Sequence record: MF498773.1
Length of the DNA stretch: 64,000 nt
Strand: one strand, 5' to 3'
Position numbers and translations under genes: made by a program. How positions within the stretch are numbered: position 1 is the first letter of the stretch; each line of letters opens with the position of its first letter. The notes beneath the pieces were generated by a model. It made no database searches and was not told where the DNA came from. It saw only the letters and a program-made list of their open reading frames with translations. Shown here in pieces: positions 7,111-15,719 of this stretch.

Positions 7111-7668
7111 TTACTTTTGGAATGGGTGCCCTGCACCGATACCGACCGGGGTTTGTTTTGGTAGGATTTCCAAATCGTTTACACCAACAACACTCATAGA
7201 TGAGTAACTAAACGTTACATTACCTATAAGGGCTGGGTTTCCGTCATCAACATAGGACAATTCTATATCGTCCAATGAACTCGGGAATGGGTCATGAAAC
7301 TTGAAAGTCAATACTATATTCTTTTTTGAGTTATCCAGAATATGAACCAAAATAGATCTAGGTCTAGCACCCGGTAGATGGGCGGTGGAATTGAAAGTTC
7401 TACTATCAGTAACAGAGATCATCCATTGATACAACTCTTTATAAGATTCGAAATTTTCATCAATCAAAAATCTAATCCTAAATGGTTCGTAAATGATCTT
7501 CGAACCCGGCATAAGCCCGGACGTCATCTGATTTATTGAAACCCTCGTTATATCCATTTCCATAGTTGGAAGAACAACGGATTGAGCTGATGTTACAAAG
7601 TTAGCGGTTGTGTTTGCGTCTGGGATTTCCAGACGCATGTTTGTTATGTGTGCTTGATTATGTATCAT
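7111..7668 (-). CDS. 3: Tail tube terminator/completion protein gp3
   Basis: HNQAHITN...AQSVVLP, FLIDENFESYKELYQWM, tube-like fold; synteny. Confidence 0.92.
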   Translation of the reverse strand: MIHNQAHITNMRLEIPDANTTANFVTSAQSVVLPTMEMDITRVSINQMTSGLMPGSKIIYEPFRIRFLIDENFESYKELYQWMISVTDSRTFNSTAHLPGARPRSILVHILDNSKKNIVLTFKFHDPFPSSLDDIELSYVDDGNPALIGNVTFSYSSMSVVGVNDLEILPKQTPVGIGAGHPFQK

Positions 7669-9527
7669 GTTGACGGTTGAACTCCATATGAATATTGCGG
7701 TTGATCTGGTCTAAATTCACCAAAGCCAGACGGTAGAACGGAATTCATACTGTTATATGTGGTATTATTTACAGCAGCCATTAAAGCACCTTCTTGACGT
7801 CGTGCGTCTCGTTCTTCCTTTTCACGTTGTTGTTTAGCTCGGAATTCTTCAACCTCTTGATTTCTTTTCTCAAGGGTTTTAAATACAGGCTCGGTTTCAC
7901 CAGCCTTAATTTCATTCCCTAATTTAGATTCCGGTTGAGCTTCACTAGCATTAGCTTTCCCAAATAATGATCCAGTAAGACTTTCCCAAGCACCCTTAGC
8001 AGCATCAACACCCTTATCTAACAGCTCTGGGTTCTCTTTGGCGAAGTTATACAACTCATAAGCCATCAAGCCAGCACCAACAAAAGGAATTGCTCTACCA
8101 GCGACACGTACCGCCATACCTGCACCAGTCAATGCGCTTTTTGGTATAAATTTAGAGGCTGATTTTGCTGCATCAGCAGCGACAGTCCAACCTTTTTTAC
8201 CAAGTTCCGCTGCCCTTGACAAAATACCAGCCTTACCTTTGGGGGTAGGAGTCTTTGTTTTAGGTGTCTCAATTTTTGCGGGTTGTCCCGGTCTTGGTTC
8301 TGGTGTGGGTGGCTTCTTTCCATCCGGTTGTGTAGTTTTCGGGGACTTCTTAGGATCCTTCGATACATCGTTTGGATTAACCCCACCAGACGATGGTGTC
8401 GGGGTCTTACTTCCCAATCCCGGTATCTTATCAAACATCCCAGAGAACTTAGCAATTAAACCACCAACAGCAGCAGATAGGGCACCCGCAATCATAGGGG
8501 CCAAACCAAGAACCGCACCAGATAGAACACTGATACCAGAAACAAGACCACTAAGAACAAATCCAACACCACCAATCAGTTTACCGATCAACATGGACAT
8601 CTGGATACCTTTAAGAACATCGATTAAGCTTTTATGACGCTTTTCGTTGTTCTCTCGTTCTCTTCCATTTTCTTGTCTTTCTTTCTTTTGCTCTTGGTTA
8701 TTTCTATCTGTTTTTACTTTGTCTTCTGGTTTGTTTTGTGGGATCTGTTGGAATCTAGAAGTAGCATCAGCCTTCTTCTCTTCATAAGCCGCATTCGCTT
8801 TTGCATCTAATTTCTTTTCCTTACGTGCGTTATGTGCATCAATAATAGACCCACCAACAAACTTCGTTGCATTAGCGGCCTGATTATAACCGGGAATAGT
8901 TGATAACAAATCGTTTATGGTTCCAGTAACCATACCGATACCAGCGGACATAGTATGACCAAGTATTTTCGCTGTTGCTGATGTTTCTGATTTCTTCATT
9001 CGATCAACTATATTAGCTTTTTTTGCTATCTCTCGAACAAATTTACCAGTTTTTTGATTTTCTTCTTTGAAATTTTCCACAAATTCACGACGATCACCAA
9101 CTTCGCGTTGTATAAATTCTTTCAAAGTCTCCCTAGTGTCTTCCTGCATAGGTTTGGCAGTTTCCCCCTGTTCCGGGTTCTGACTTTTTACACCTTGGCT
9201 ATAATCCACTAGGGGTTGTTTATTATTTAAAATGTCTTCCAGTTGCTTTCGTCTAGCTGAAACTAATTCGTTTTCAACCTTATTACTACGCTTATTATCC
9301 TTTCTGGCACCTTTTATCTGGTTCGCTAATTTTTCTTGTTCTTGTGCGACTTCCAGACTGGAATCAGAGGTAATATCATAAGACGCGGTAAGGTCTTTTG
9401 TTGAGTTGGACAACTTTTCTGTCTTGTCGTCCAACTTAAGCATCGAATCAGAAACAATATCCATAGCATCCGTGACATCTCGAACCGATTTATCAAGTTC
9501 GTTCTGTTTCTGCTTGTCAATCATCAC
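7665..9527 (-). CDS. 29: Baseplate hub / tape measure protein gp29 (620 aa)
   Basis: Coiled-coil N-terminus, hydrophobic GxxxG helices, Pro-rich linker; downstream of gp26/51-like gene. Confidence 0.75.
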   Translation of the reverse strand: MMIDKQKQNELDKSVRDVTDAMDIVSDSMLKLDDKTEKLSNSTKDLTASYDITSDSSLEVAQEQEKLANQIKGARKDNKRSNKVENELVSARRKQLEDILNNKQPLVDYSQGVKSQNPEQGETAKPMQEDTRETLKEFIQREVGDRREFVENFKEENQKTGKFVREIAKKANIVDRMKKSETSATAKILGHTMSAGIGMVTGTINDLLSTIPGYNQAANATKFVGGSIIDAHNARKEKKLDAKANAAYEEKKADATSRFQQIPQNKPEDKVKTDRNNQEQKKERQENGRERENNEKRHKSLIDVLKGIQMSMLIGKLIGGVGFVLSGLVSGISVLSGAVLGLAPMIAGALSAAVGGLIAKFSGMFDKIPGLGSKTPTPSSGGVNPNDVSKDPKKSPKTTQPDGKKPPTPEPRPGQPAKIETPKTKTPTPKGKAGILSRAAELGKKGWTVAADAAKSASKFIPKSALTGAGMAVRVAGRAIPFVGAGLMAYELYNFAKENPELLDKGVDAAKGAWESLTGSLFGKANASEAQPESKLGNEIKAGETEPVFKTLEKRNQEVEEFRAKQQREKEERDARRQEGALMAAVNNTTYNSMNSVLPSGFGEFRPDQPQYSYGVQPST

Positions 9528-9698
9528 TTAGTCCTTTTCTCTCGCCTGTTCTTTAAGATCGTTTAGGTAGAGGTGAACATAAACACCAAATTCAAAGGGG
9601 GTCATATCCTCAAGGTCCGAATGGCTCCATCCATCTTTTCTAAGCTTATATACCGTATTAAAATGATCGTATATGGTATGGTTAACAAGCGTTATGCG
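9528..9698 (-). CDS. -1 frame extension of the gp26-like gene (56 aa, gp51 C-terminal-like)
   Basis: Open -1 frame RITLVNHTIYDHFNTVYKLRKDGWSHSDLEDMTPFEFGVYVHLYLNDLKEQAREKD with no canonical start before codon 32; follows T TTT TTC. Confidence 0.8.
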   Translation of the reverse strand, partial: RITLVNHTIYDHFNTVYKLRKDGWSHSDLEDMTPFEFGVYVHLYLNDLKEQAREKD

Positions 9699-10477
9699 AA
9701 AAAACTTTCTACCCCTTTAAGTGTAACAATTTCTTGGTGTCCACATTTTTTACACTTTACAGGTATATTTAGAGTATGTTGGGGGAGGGATGTTACAAAT
9801 TTACCCATTTTGGTCAAAGCAACTGAATCGGCGTATTCCATAATTTCAGAAATATCCTCATACGGAATATCAACACCAACCTTAACAACCTGATCTCCCA
9901 TATGAACTTCGTCAATACAGCGATTGATTAAGTTAAACAAGTCGGACTCAACTTCTACGTTGAAATATTCAACCTCGCTGATATTAGGATATCTCATATA
10001 AACTGTCATGTTCTCATTAAGAACAATTTTGTTATCTGGTGCATCCGACAATTTAGCGTTATTCAAGTTTACGTTTACTTTGATATCAGAACCACAACGA
10101 ATAATTTCACCATATTGGTCATATTGAACATTACCATCTTCATCAAGAATTTCGTTGGCGCAAGTAAACATAACCGGGACAGTAGGACTTGCTTTTGATA
10201 ACTTATACAAAGCTAGATAAACTGCTTCCAAGTCAAACACAGGTAAAAGGTCTACATCAACATTATCAGTTAGGATACAGTTTTTTACGATTTGGATGAT
10301 TGCATCATCGATTCCAGTATTGGCTTCGTTAGCTAACATCAACAGTTTCATTTCTTTCATCAAGAAAGCACGAACCTTGATCTTTCTACCATCTGATAAA
10401 GTCACATTGGTCTGCTGTACGTTTTTCTGCATAGCAGCAAGAAGTACACTCTTGTCAATTGTGGTTTTGTTTGTCAT
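9692..10477 (-). CDS. 26: Baseplate hub assembly chaperone gp26/gp51 family (261 aa)
   Basis: KIKVRAFLMKE, MRYPNI, CKKCGHQEIVTLKGVESFF match recalled T4 gp26 (CPECGKTHAHVIRGLKEFF). Confidence 0.88.
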   Translation of the reverse strand: MTNKTTIDKSVLLAAMQKNVQQTNVTLSDGRKIKVRAFLMKEMKLLMLANEANTGIDDAIIQIVKNCILTDNVDVDLLPVFDLEAVYLALYKLSKASPTVPVMFTCANEILDEDGNVQYDQYGEIIRCGSDIKVNVNLNNAKLSDAPDNKIVLNENMTVYMRYPNISEVEYFNVEVESDLFNLINRCIDEVHMGDQVVKVGVDIPYEDISEIMEYADSVALTKMGKFVTSLPQHTLNIPVKCKKCGHQEIVTLKGVESFFA

Positions 10478-10553
10478 AGTTAAAAATCCCTTATAGATCT
10501 ATACTTATTTAGTACATTGTAACATGATGTTCTTCAAGACTTGATCTTAGATG

Positions 10554-10669
10554 GTTTCACTTGTAATCAAAGTATAAAATCTCTATAAGTATTTATATAG
10601 AAAATCTATAATTAGAAAGAGTGAGCGAAGCGAACAGGCGGCTACGCCGTCTCACTACGTTCGAGATCT
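10554..10669 (-). repeat. 116-bp hairpin-rich element, inverted copy at 53672-53789
   Basis: Near-identical reverse complement (2 substitutions, one 2-nt indel); contains GCGAAGC, GGCG-GCTA-CGCC, TCTC...GAGA hairpins and TATAAATA. Confidence 0.95.
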
Positions 10670-10678
10670 GTAGATATG

Positions 10679-10702
10679 AAAAAGCCACCCCGTAGGATGG
10701 CT
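10679..10702 (-). terminator. gp54 terminator, identical 24-bp copy at 54161-54184
   Basis: GCCATCC-TACG-GGGTGGC-TTTTT (UNCG loop). Confidence 0.88.
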
Positions 10703-10707
10703 TAGTA

Positions 10708-11649
10708 TTAACGAATGGCTTTCACAACGCCTGTAGTACGTCTTATGATACTCTCTATAGAGTCGATGGTGTTCTCTTCACCCTTAGTAGGAACATGCAC
10801 TGTAGTTGATACAGCGAATGTGACGGTAAAGGTTGCTACTTGAGAATTGTTCTCAAAATCTAGTTGAACTTCACCTACCTCTATGGGAAAGCACCCTGTA
10901 TTATGTACAGTGGATTGCTTAACTCCATGACGGTCTAACGTGATGACGTCAATATCCTTTGCATACGTATTATAAAATCCAAATTGTCCATTTCTTGGGT
11001 TGACAATTGTATTCTGCCATGTTAACATCAAAGAACGTTCCTCATAAGAAGGGGAACAGTAAAACGTCATACTCATGGTTCCGTAGTTTCTACCTCTTAC
11101 TTCGTGTCGAGGTAGTTTGTCTGTACGGTTGATTGTCGTTTCCAAAGTAGAACTAGGGAGTCCGACGCTTTTTACCATAAGTGCAAGATCGCGGTTTACA
11201 TCATAATCGGTTCCCAGAAATCCATCAAGGATCTCTCCTGCTCCCGGTATGATCCGGATCAAGGACGGATCCCAAGCACCAAAAATCTTCTTCATGCTAG
11301 GCGTGAGGATTTTGTGTGCTTGTCCCAATGCAATATCTGATATTCTATGCCATGCATAACTTGTACCCGAGAATAAGCTATCATTGACATCAACTCCGCT
11401 ACTTGAGTCCGGAAATATTGGCAAATCCCTGTCAAAAACACCATCACTGAATATGGTTGTTCTAAAATCCCCAAATCTTACGATAAACATGTTTGGTCTT
11501 GCTAAATCGGTGTTCTCGACTTTTCGCATAAACCTTGTTAGATCTGGTATCTCGCTCCCATCTACATTGTCATTTAATAAATCTTCTCCAAATCCGATAG
11601 TGCTATCTATCATACTATCAATAGTCGGGATTGGTGGTAATAAATTCAT
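10708..11649 (-). CDS. 54: Baseplate tail-tube initiator gp54 (start MNLLPP)
   Basis: DLARPNMFIVRF, MVKSVGLP, GCFPIEVGEVQLDFENNSQVATFTVTFA; GGAG RBS at this start. Confidence 0.92.
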   Translation of the reverse strand: MNLLPPIPTIDSMIDSTIGFGEDLLNDNVDGSEIPDLTRFMRKVENTDLARPNMFIVRFGDFRTTIFSDGVFDRDLPIFPDSSSGVDVNDSLFSGTSYAWHRISDIALGQAHKILTPSMKKIFGAWDPSLIRIIPGAGEILDGFLGTDYDVNRDLALMVKSVGLPSSTLETTINRTDKLPRHEVRGRNYGTMSMTFYCSPSYEERSLMLTWQNTIVNPRNGQFGFYNTYAKDIDVITLDRHGVKQSTVHNTGCFPIEVGEVQLDFENNSQVATFTVTFAVSTTVHVPTKGEENTIDSIESIIRRTTGVVKAIR

Positions 11650-11708
11650 TGAATATTCTCCTAAATACTTATATAATGTATTTACCCACAAAAATAATAG
11701 GATTTCTG

Positions 11709-12545
11709 ATGGAAATTGATATTAAAAAGATAATTGATTGTGTAAAAAATGATGGACATCATATTATAGAAGTATTAGACAAACCTAAGTTTGTGAAAAA
11801 GTCAAAAGACTTAGGTGAGATTTTTATTTTGGGAAAAATAAGGGGAACTAAACGTAAAACAATAGGATACAATACATCAAGATATATTATTGTGTGTACG
11901 AAATGTAATTCTGACATAGAAATGTACGATAAACCATTTTTTCCTCAATTGAATGATATTGATTCAGGACGGGTCAATTATCCATGTGGATGTTCCGAAA
12001 ACCACCAACATAATGAAAGACAATACGCATTAAAGATTAATAGAAAAAGAAAAGGGTCTATATCAGTTTCTGGATTTAAAGGTAAGTTTAGAGGTGGTGA
12101 ATCTAGGGCATTATGTAAATGTGAAGTTTGTTTACATGAATGGGACACACAAGCAAAAATTTTATTGAACGAAAATGGTAAAGGTTGCCCTATGTGTGCT
12201 AAATATGGGTTTAAGAAAGATAAACCTGCTTGGTTTTATGTATATAAATATGTCCTTTATTCCGGTGAAATAATTTATAAGTATGGTATAACAAATAGAA
12301 GCCCAAAATCAAGAAGCCAAAACACAGTTGTCGCTGGTGATGTTAGTAAAACGGAAGAAATGTTTAAAATTAACTTTGATGTCGGTATTGATGCCGAGAA
12401 TTTAGAATTGTTGGTTTCTAACATATTCAAAAATGGTCGTGGGTACTATAAGGGTTCATCTTTTATAAGTGGTCATACAGAAACTTTGTCTGAATCTGAC
12501 GGTATTCTTCTTTTAGAAAAAATTAAAAACGGAGAGATCAAATGA
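11709..12545 (+). mobile_element. Free-standing homing endonuclease (Zn ribbons plus C-terminal GIY-YIG-like domain)
   Basis: CxxC pairs, CPMCAKYGFKKDKPAWFYVY...YKYGITN; lower GC; antisense insertion between gp54 and gp2; late promoter CTAAATA at 11661-11667. Confidence 0.8.
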
Positions 12546-12558
12546 TCTCTCCGTTTTT
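12525..12558. terminator. Bidirectional terminator, 16-bp perfect stem
   Basis: AAAAACGGAGAGATCA-AA-TGATCTCTCCGTTTTT. Confidence 0.9.
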
Positions 12559-12559
12559 A

Positions 12560-13558
12560 TTAGTATGATCTCCAAACGGAATTCGTATTATAGGTCTTCG
12601 GAGGAACACCAGATACAAACCGTTGAGTCGGTAGATTAATAACAGAACTCCAATCCTGCGGTTTAATCTCCATTAATGGACCCTTAATATGACCCGGCAA
12701 ATACGCTTTGATCATATGGTCTGCACCTCTCATTCCCTTAACCTTACCCCAGTTGATATTTAGGGATGTACGGTTGGTAATCCTCTCTGTGGTTGCATGT
12801 TTCAGCAACTCTTCCATAAATTCTTTACGGGCTTTGATCGGGATATAGTGAAGGTTGAGACCCAACATCAAACCTTTGTGCTTTGCACTGAGACCAAGAT
12901 ATACGATCAGGGGGAATTTATCCCAGTATGGTAGTGTTGCCTTATGTTTTGCGTCATATGCGAAAGTATACAATCGACCAGCAATTGGTCTTGTTACTTG
13001 GTGCCCACGAACGTTTTTCTTTATGAAATTGTTAAACCATTCCGTCGACTTCTTCTGAGACTTTACAGGCTCTTTTTCGTGTTGTCTTACTTTATTTCTA
13101 AAGTCAGCCAACAACATCTGATATTTTTCGGCTTTAGATAGTTTTCTTCCGCTTATTTGCGCATCTTTTAACTTCTTAGCCAGTAGAATATCTTGCTTGA
13201 ATCTTCTGAATGCCCGTTCCGTGGTTTCTTTATTAAGTCCACGTCCTTCAATATAATTTTTTAGAGTAATGCTACTCTTTTCTTTTTGTGTCAAATAATC
13301 AACACCAAGCTCAATCCATTGTTGTTTATTCTTATTTGGGTTTATCAGAGAATAATAAGTCTTTATTTCTTCTCTGTGTCTGCGCATAGCTCTACTGAAT
13401 GTTTCATAATTCAACCCTTTTTCCTCTGCATATTTCTTTGCAGTAAGACTTGGGTTCTTTTTCTTGGCGTTCATATAATCAACACCAACATCAATCCATT
13501 GTTTTCTATTGCGTTTTTCTGTTGTGGACTCTGCACGTTCCGTTATTTCGAATATCAT
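12560..13558 (-). CDS. 2: DNA end protector gp2 with duplicated N-terminal module
   Basis: GRLYTFAYDAKHKATLPYWDKFPLIVYLG...GLNLHYIP. Confidence 0.96.
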   Translation of the reverse strand: MIFEITERAESTTEKRNRKQWIDVGVDYMNAKKKNPSLTAKKYAEEKGLNYETFSRAMRRHREEIKTYYSLINPNKNKQQWIELGVDYLTQKEKSSITLKNYIEGRGLNKETTERAFRRFKQDILLAKKLKDAQISGRKLSKAEKYQMLLADFRNKVRQHEKEPVKSQKKSTEWFNNFIKKNVRGHQVTRPIAGRLYTFAYDAKHKATLPYWDKFPLIVYLGLSAKHKGLMLGLNLHYIPIKARKEFMEELLKHATTERITNRTSLNINWGKVKGMRGADHMIKAYLPGHIKGPLMEIKPQDWSSVINLPTQRFVSGVPPKTYNTNSVWRSY

Positions 13559-14025
13559 TTAGTAAGTCCTTTGAAACCCATTGCTTTCAATGAGTCTTCA
13601 TTAATTATATTAAATCTCCACCCTTTTTTCTTGCATAATTCTGCGGTGGTTTTCCATTTGTCGTTATTGACTTGCCATGTATACACAGCTTGAATATAAG
13701 CATTTTTTGCTTTTAATGTATTTCTTTTTGGTGGTACTGGTGGAAAGCATTCTTTTTTAGGCTTAACTTCCCAGAGAGAAATAGAACCATCCGACCACTG
13801 TATCCACATATCCATAAAATAACGCCGTTTCTTTCCATCAGCATTAGAAAAATACGGGATAACCATACATTCACTATTCCAATATCTAACGTCTGGATTA
13901 TTATCCAGCATCTCCATTATATACTTTTCCCACGAACTACGGTAGGTAACCTTTTTTGGGTCCCCTTTATATTTTTCTCTATTCTTTACAAAGAATTGAC
14001 CTTTGTATGTGTTATTTCCGGCCAT
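13555..14025 (-). CDS. 4: Head completion nuclease gp4
   Basis: YKGDPKKVTYRSSWE, WNSE, IPYFSNADGKKRRYFMD, EVKP. Confidence 0.96.
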   Translation of the reverse strand: MAGNNTYKGQFFVKNREKYKGDPKKVTYRSSWEKYIMEMLDNNPDVRYWNSECMVIPYFSNADGKKRRYFMDMWIQWSDGSISLWEVKPKKECFPPVPPKRNTLKAKNAYIQAVYTWQVNNDKWKTTAELCKKKGWRFNIINEDSLKAMGFKGLTK

Positions 14026-14046
14026 AATAAATTCTCCTATTTGTTT

Positions 14047-14069
14047 TATTTAGGGTTTGCCCCTAAATA
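14047..14069. promoter_or_regulatory. Back-to-back late promoters for gp4 and gp48
   Basis: TATTTAGGG-TTTGC-CCCTAAATA perfect inverted repeat. Confidence 0.85.
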
Positions 14070-14094
14070 CAAGTAAACAACATGAGGTTTAAAA

Positions 14095-15153
14095 ATGAAA
14101 GTTAATATTCTCAATGGGGTTAACCGAGCTATTGGTGGTAGTTTCAACCCACTCACTGACACTAAGTCAGAGGGAACCGATCTTATTATAGAAAATAAAA
14201 ACTCTAAGAAACCCGGTATAAAGGCTTTGCAGTACCCATTAACCATGAAGGGTAGTGACAACAAACACTCTTCCTATTTAGTTTTCTATGCTGTGAAACC
14301 AACAAATGGGGGTCTTAAAAATAGTGATATCCACGAACGTTCTATGAGGTCTGTTAAGGGTAAATTCAACGAAGAAACCCTAGCCGTTATTCAGCTATAT
14401 ATGCCAAACATGAACGAAAACATTAGTCATAATTATGAAGATAACGATGGTGGATTCCTTCAAGATATAGTTATGAACTACCAAGCTAACGCATCAGAAA
14501 GAGATGGTACATTGGATAGTATTGCAAATGGTGGTAAAGCCGTTGTAAACGCGATGGCTCAAAAGGTTATCGTCTCCACTGGTGGTATTGCACAGCGATA
14601 TAATTCTCAGGTAACTGGTAATTTGCTTGGTGATCGAGCCGCCCAAATGTATCGTGGTACTGGTGTACGTTCCCAAACATTTATATTTCAATTCCGACCG
14701 AGGTCTATGGCAGAATTAAAAGAGGTTGGACAAATAATTAAAACTTTTATGGTTCTTAGTGCTGCCGAAAACAAAGGGGCTGTAGATCTTGCTTCTCTTG
14801 GAATTGGTACGGATTCAGAACTTGGTGCGGGTGAAGGGTATACTTATCTCGAAGTACCCCCTTTGTGGTTTATAGAAGAAAGGGTAAGTCAAAGTCAAGA
14901 ACAGAAGATTAGATTTACACCTAAATTCGCAATGGGTCCAGCCGGTATTAGTAATATCCGGATCAACAAAACCCCAGACCAAATATATGATACATTCGCG
15001 TCAACGGCTGCGGATTCCGTCGCAATAGATCTAGAAATAACTGTTACAGAACTTCGTCCGGTTTATCGCGATTACTGGGAAGCTCTTACATCAGATTTGG
15101 GTAATCCGGATTCTGGTGAATTCTTCTTCGGATCATATGGAGGTAAGAGATAA
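14095..15153 (+). CDS. 48: Baseplate tail-tube cap gp48
   Basis: LQYP, IQLYMPN, MYRGTGVRSQTFIFQFRPRS, PPLWFI. Confidence 0.9.
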   Translation: MKVNILNGVNRAIGGSFNPLTDTKSEGTDLIIENKNSKKPGIKALQYPLTMKGSDNKHSSYLVFYAVKPTNGGLKNSDIHERSMRSVKGKFNEETLAVIQLYMPNMNENISHNYEDNDGGFLQDIVMNYQANASERDGTLDSIANGGKAVVNAMAQKVIVSTGGIAQRYNSQVTGNLLGDRAAQMYRGTGVRSQTFIFQFRPRSMAELKEVGQIIKTFMVLSAAENKGAVDLASLGIGTDSELGAGEGYTYLEVPPLWFIEERVSQSQEQKIRFTPKFAMGPAGISNIRINKTPDQIYDTFASTAADSVAIDLEITVTELRPVYRDYWEALTSDLGNPDSGEFFFGSYGGKR

Positions 15154-15719
15154 TGTTGTTTAACTATTTTCCCCCTATAAAATATAATGGGGCTCCAACT
15201 GCTGATATATTTCGTCCACATGGTAACTATTTTGATGATATTTTGAGCAAATTTATTGTAAGAAAATATATCGTATCTGGTTCTCCTAGACCAGAAGTTG
15301 TTTCCTATGATTTATATGGGGATACGAAATATTATTGGATCCTACTATTTCTTAACCAAGTATACGATCCTTTTTATGATTGGATATGTGAGGAAGAAAT
15401 AGTTCATCAATATACAGCACAAAAATATAAAAACCTTCCAGCAAAAGAGGGAACTGTTTTATATCATATTGATGAAAATGGCGAGATGTATTTTCGTATG
15501 AAAGAATATCCGGTTGGTTCTGGTGTTTGGTATGATGAAGGGGATACCGCTCATCTATATAAACAGCATGTCGGGACTTTAGTCCCTGTTACTGCTATAG
15601 AACATGAATTAGCAACCAACGAATCCAAGAGAACCATAAACGTTTTAAATCCGTCTGATCTGGGTAGGTTTATGGATGAATATACAAGATTAATGGAGCG
15701 TATCCGTGGGAATAAGTAG
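15153..15719 (+). CDS. 53: Baseplate wedge gp53
   Basis: RPEVVSYDLYGDTKYYWILLFLNQVYDPFYDW (LysM-like). Confidence 0.95.
   Translation: MLFNYFPPIKYNGAPTADIFRPHGNYFDDILSKFIVRKYIVSGSPRPEVVSYDLYGDTKYYWILLFLNQVYDPFYDWICEEEIVHQYTAQKYKNLPAKEGTVLYHIDENGEMYFRMKEYPVGSGVWYDEGDTAHLYKQHVGTLVPVTAIEHELATNESKRTINVLNPSDLGRFMDEYTRLMERIRGNK

Noticed and set aside
8129-8637. ORFs 8129-8455 and 8239-8637
   Set aside because: Alternate-frame and antisense shadows of the Pro-rich part of gp29
11631-11708. Longer starts for gp54 (11691) and the endonuclease (11631)
   Set aside because: They overlap each other head-to-head; better RBS-linked starts lie at 11649 and 11709
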